NCBI RefSeq assembly: GCF_000011805.1
Contig: NC_006841.2
DNA: 32,000 bases
Origin: Aliivibrio fischeri ES114
GTDB lineage: Bacteria; Pseudomonadota; Gammaproteobacteria; Enterobacterales; Vibrionaceae
Reading direction: 5' to 3' (one strand)
In this document: positions 31,505 to 32,000 of the stretch, piece after piece
Position numbering within the stretch: the first letter of the stretch is position 1
How the letters are laid out: each line of letters opens with the position of its first letter
Translations under genes and position numbers: made by a program
The notes under the pieces: generated by a model
What the model was told of the DNA's origin: nothing
What the model saw: only the letters and a program-made list of their open reading frames with translations
Database searches by the model: none

Positions 31505-32000
31505 TGTCTTTATCTTCAACAGCAGCGCCAAATGCTGCATCACCGTCCGCCCCATTGCCTTTAGCGGATTTACATTTACCAGAAGCACCAAGCTTCTCGC
31601 TGTCATGGCAAGGTTACGGATTAATTTTTCTTATTATTGCTTGTATTGCTCTTCTTGTTTGGGCTTTTATGGCTTACAGAAAAAAACGACGCCTTCAACG
31701 GGTCGCTTTATCGGAATTAGCGAAATTAAAGCCAGAACAGACTCGTGATGTAGCAAAGCTATTAAAACAAGCTGCATTGAGTCATTTCTCTCGTCAGCAA
31801 ATTGCAGCGCTGCATGGACTCGCTTGGTGGAATTTTATTGAACAAAAGCTTCCGACAAAAAAACAAGCCAATGTTCACTTTGCTACTCGCTCAGAAATGC
31901 TAGAGAAAGCCTTATACGGCAAAGTGCCTTTATCTGAAACCAATCAGAAACGCTTTTATGATGATGTGCGTTACTGGTTGATTCATGCATTGCCTGCAAA
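31504..32000 (+). CDS. DUF4381-like membrane protein, 3'-truncated by the window edge (not in the ORF track)
   Basis: The ATG overlaps the DUF58 stop (TAATG). The frame is open to position 32000 (checked codon by codon). It has a single TM (GLIFLIIACIALLVWAFMAY) then RKKRR, at the usual position in MoxR/DUF58/Bat-type operons. Confidence 0.6.
   Translation, partial: MSLSSTAAPNAASPSAPLPLADLHLPEAPSFSLSWQGYGLIFLIIACIALLVWAFMAYRKKRRLQRVALSELAKLKPEQTRDVAKLLKQAALSHFSRQQIAALHGLAWWNFIEQKLPTKKQANVHFATRSEMLEKALYGKVPLSETNQKRFYDDVRYWLIHALPA

Overview
AT-rich, Vibrionaceae-like sequence (possibly Aliivibrio or Vibrio; genus is a guess). Positions 1-14725 are the integrase-proximal part of a sedentary chromosomal integron (superintegron). 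An intact integron integrase (intI, 15018-16001, +) lies beside an attI junction near 14726. Leftwards from there I mapped by eye 19 VCR-like attC repeats (101-121 bp, four sequence subtypes) delimiting 20 cassettes whose sense strand is minus. Cassette cargo: four GNAT acetyltransferases, a Phd/YefM-ParE toxin-antitoxin pair, a chloramphenicol-phosphotransferase-like kinase, an ASCH protein, a VOC/glyoxalase-fold protein, a lipoprotein, two uncharacterised proteins, a DUF3644-like gene split by an in-frame amber codon, a diverged duplicate of a reverse-oriented 100-aa membrane protein cassette, three diverged copies of a ~460-bp ORF-less cassette, and an ORF-less cassette holding two tandem terminator-ended units. 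The best candidate for a new system is the largest cassette (4237-6578). It is reverse-oriented and encodes a ParB/DGQHR (DUF262/DndB-like) protein followed by a protein with a C-terminal HEPN-type Rx4H motif, which looks like an unnamed two-gene anti-phage module. Right of intI is chromosomal backbone: HDOD protein, hotdog thioesterase, DUF445 protein, a small AT-rich variable patch (MarR-like regulator, membrane-anchored J-domain protein), a putative HTH / OM beta-barrel / small lipoprotein / SbmA-like / TonB-dependent receptor operon, a CI-like repressor, an MCP, and a MoxR / DUF58 / DUF4381-like operon. All family calls come from motif recognition by eye; no searches were run.
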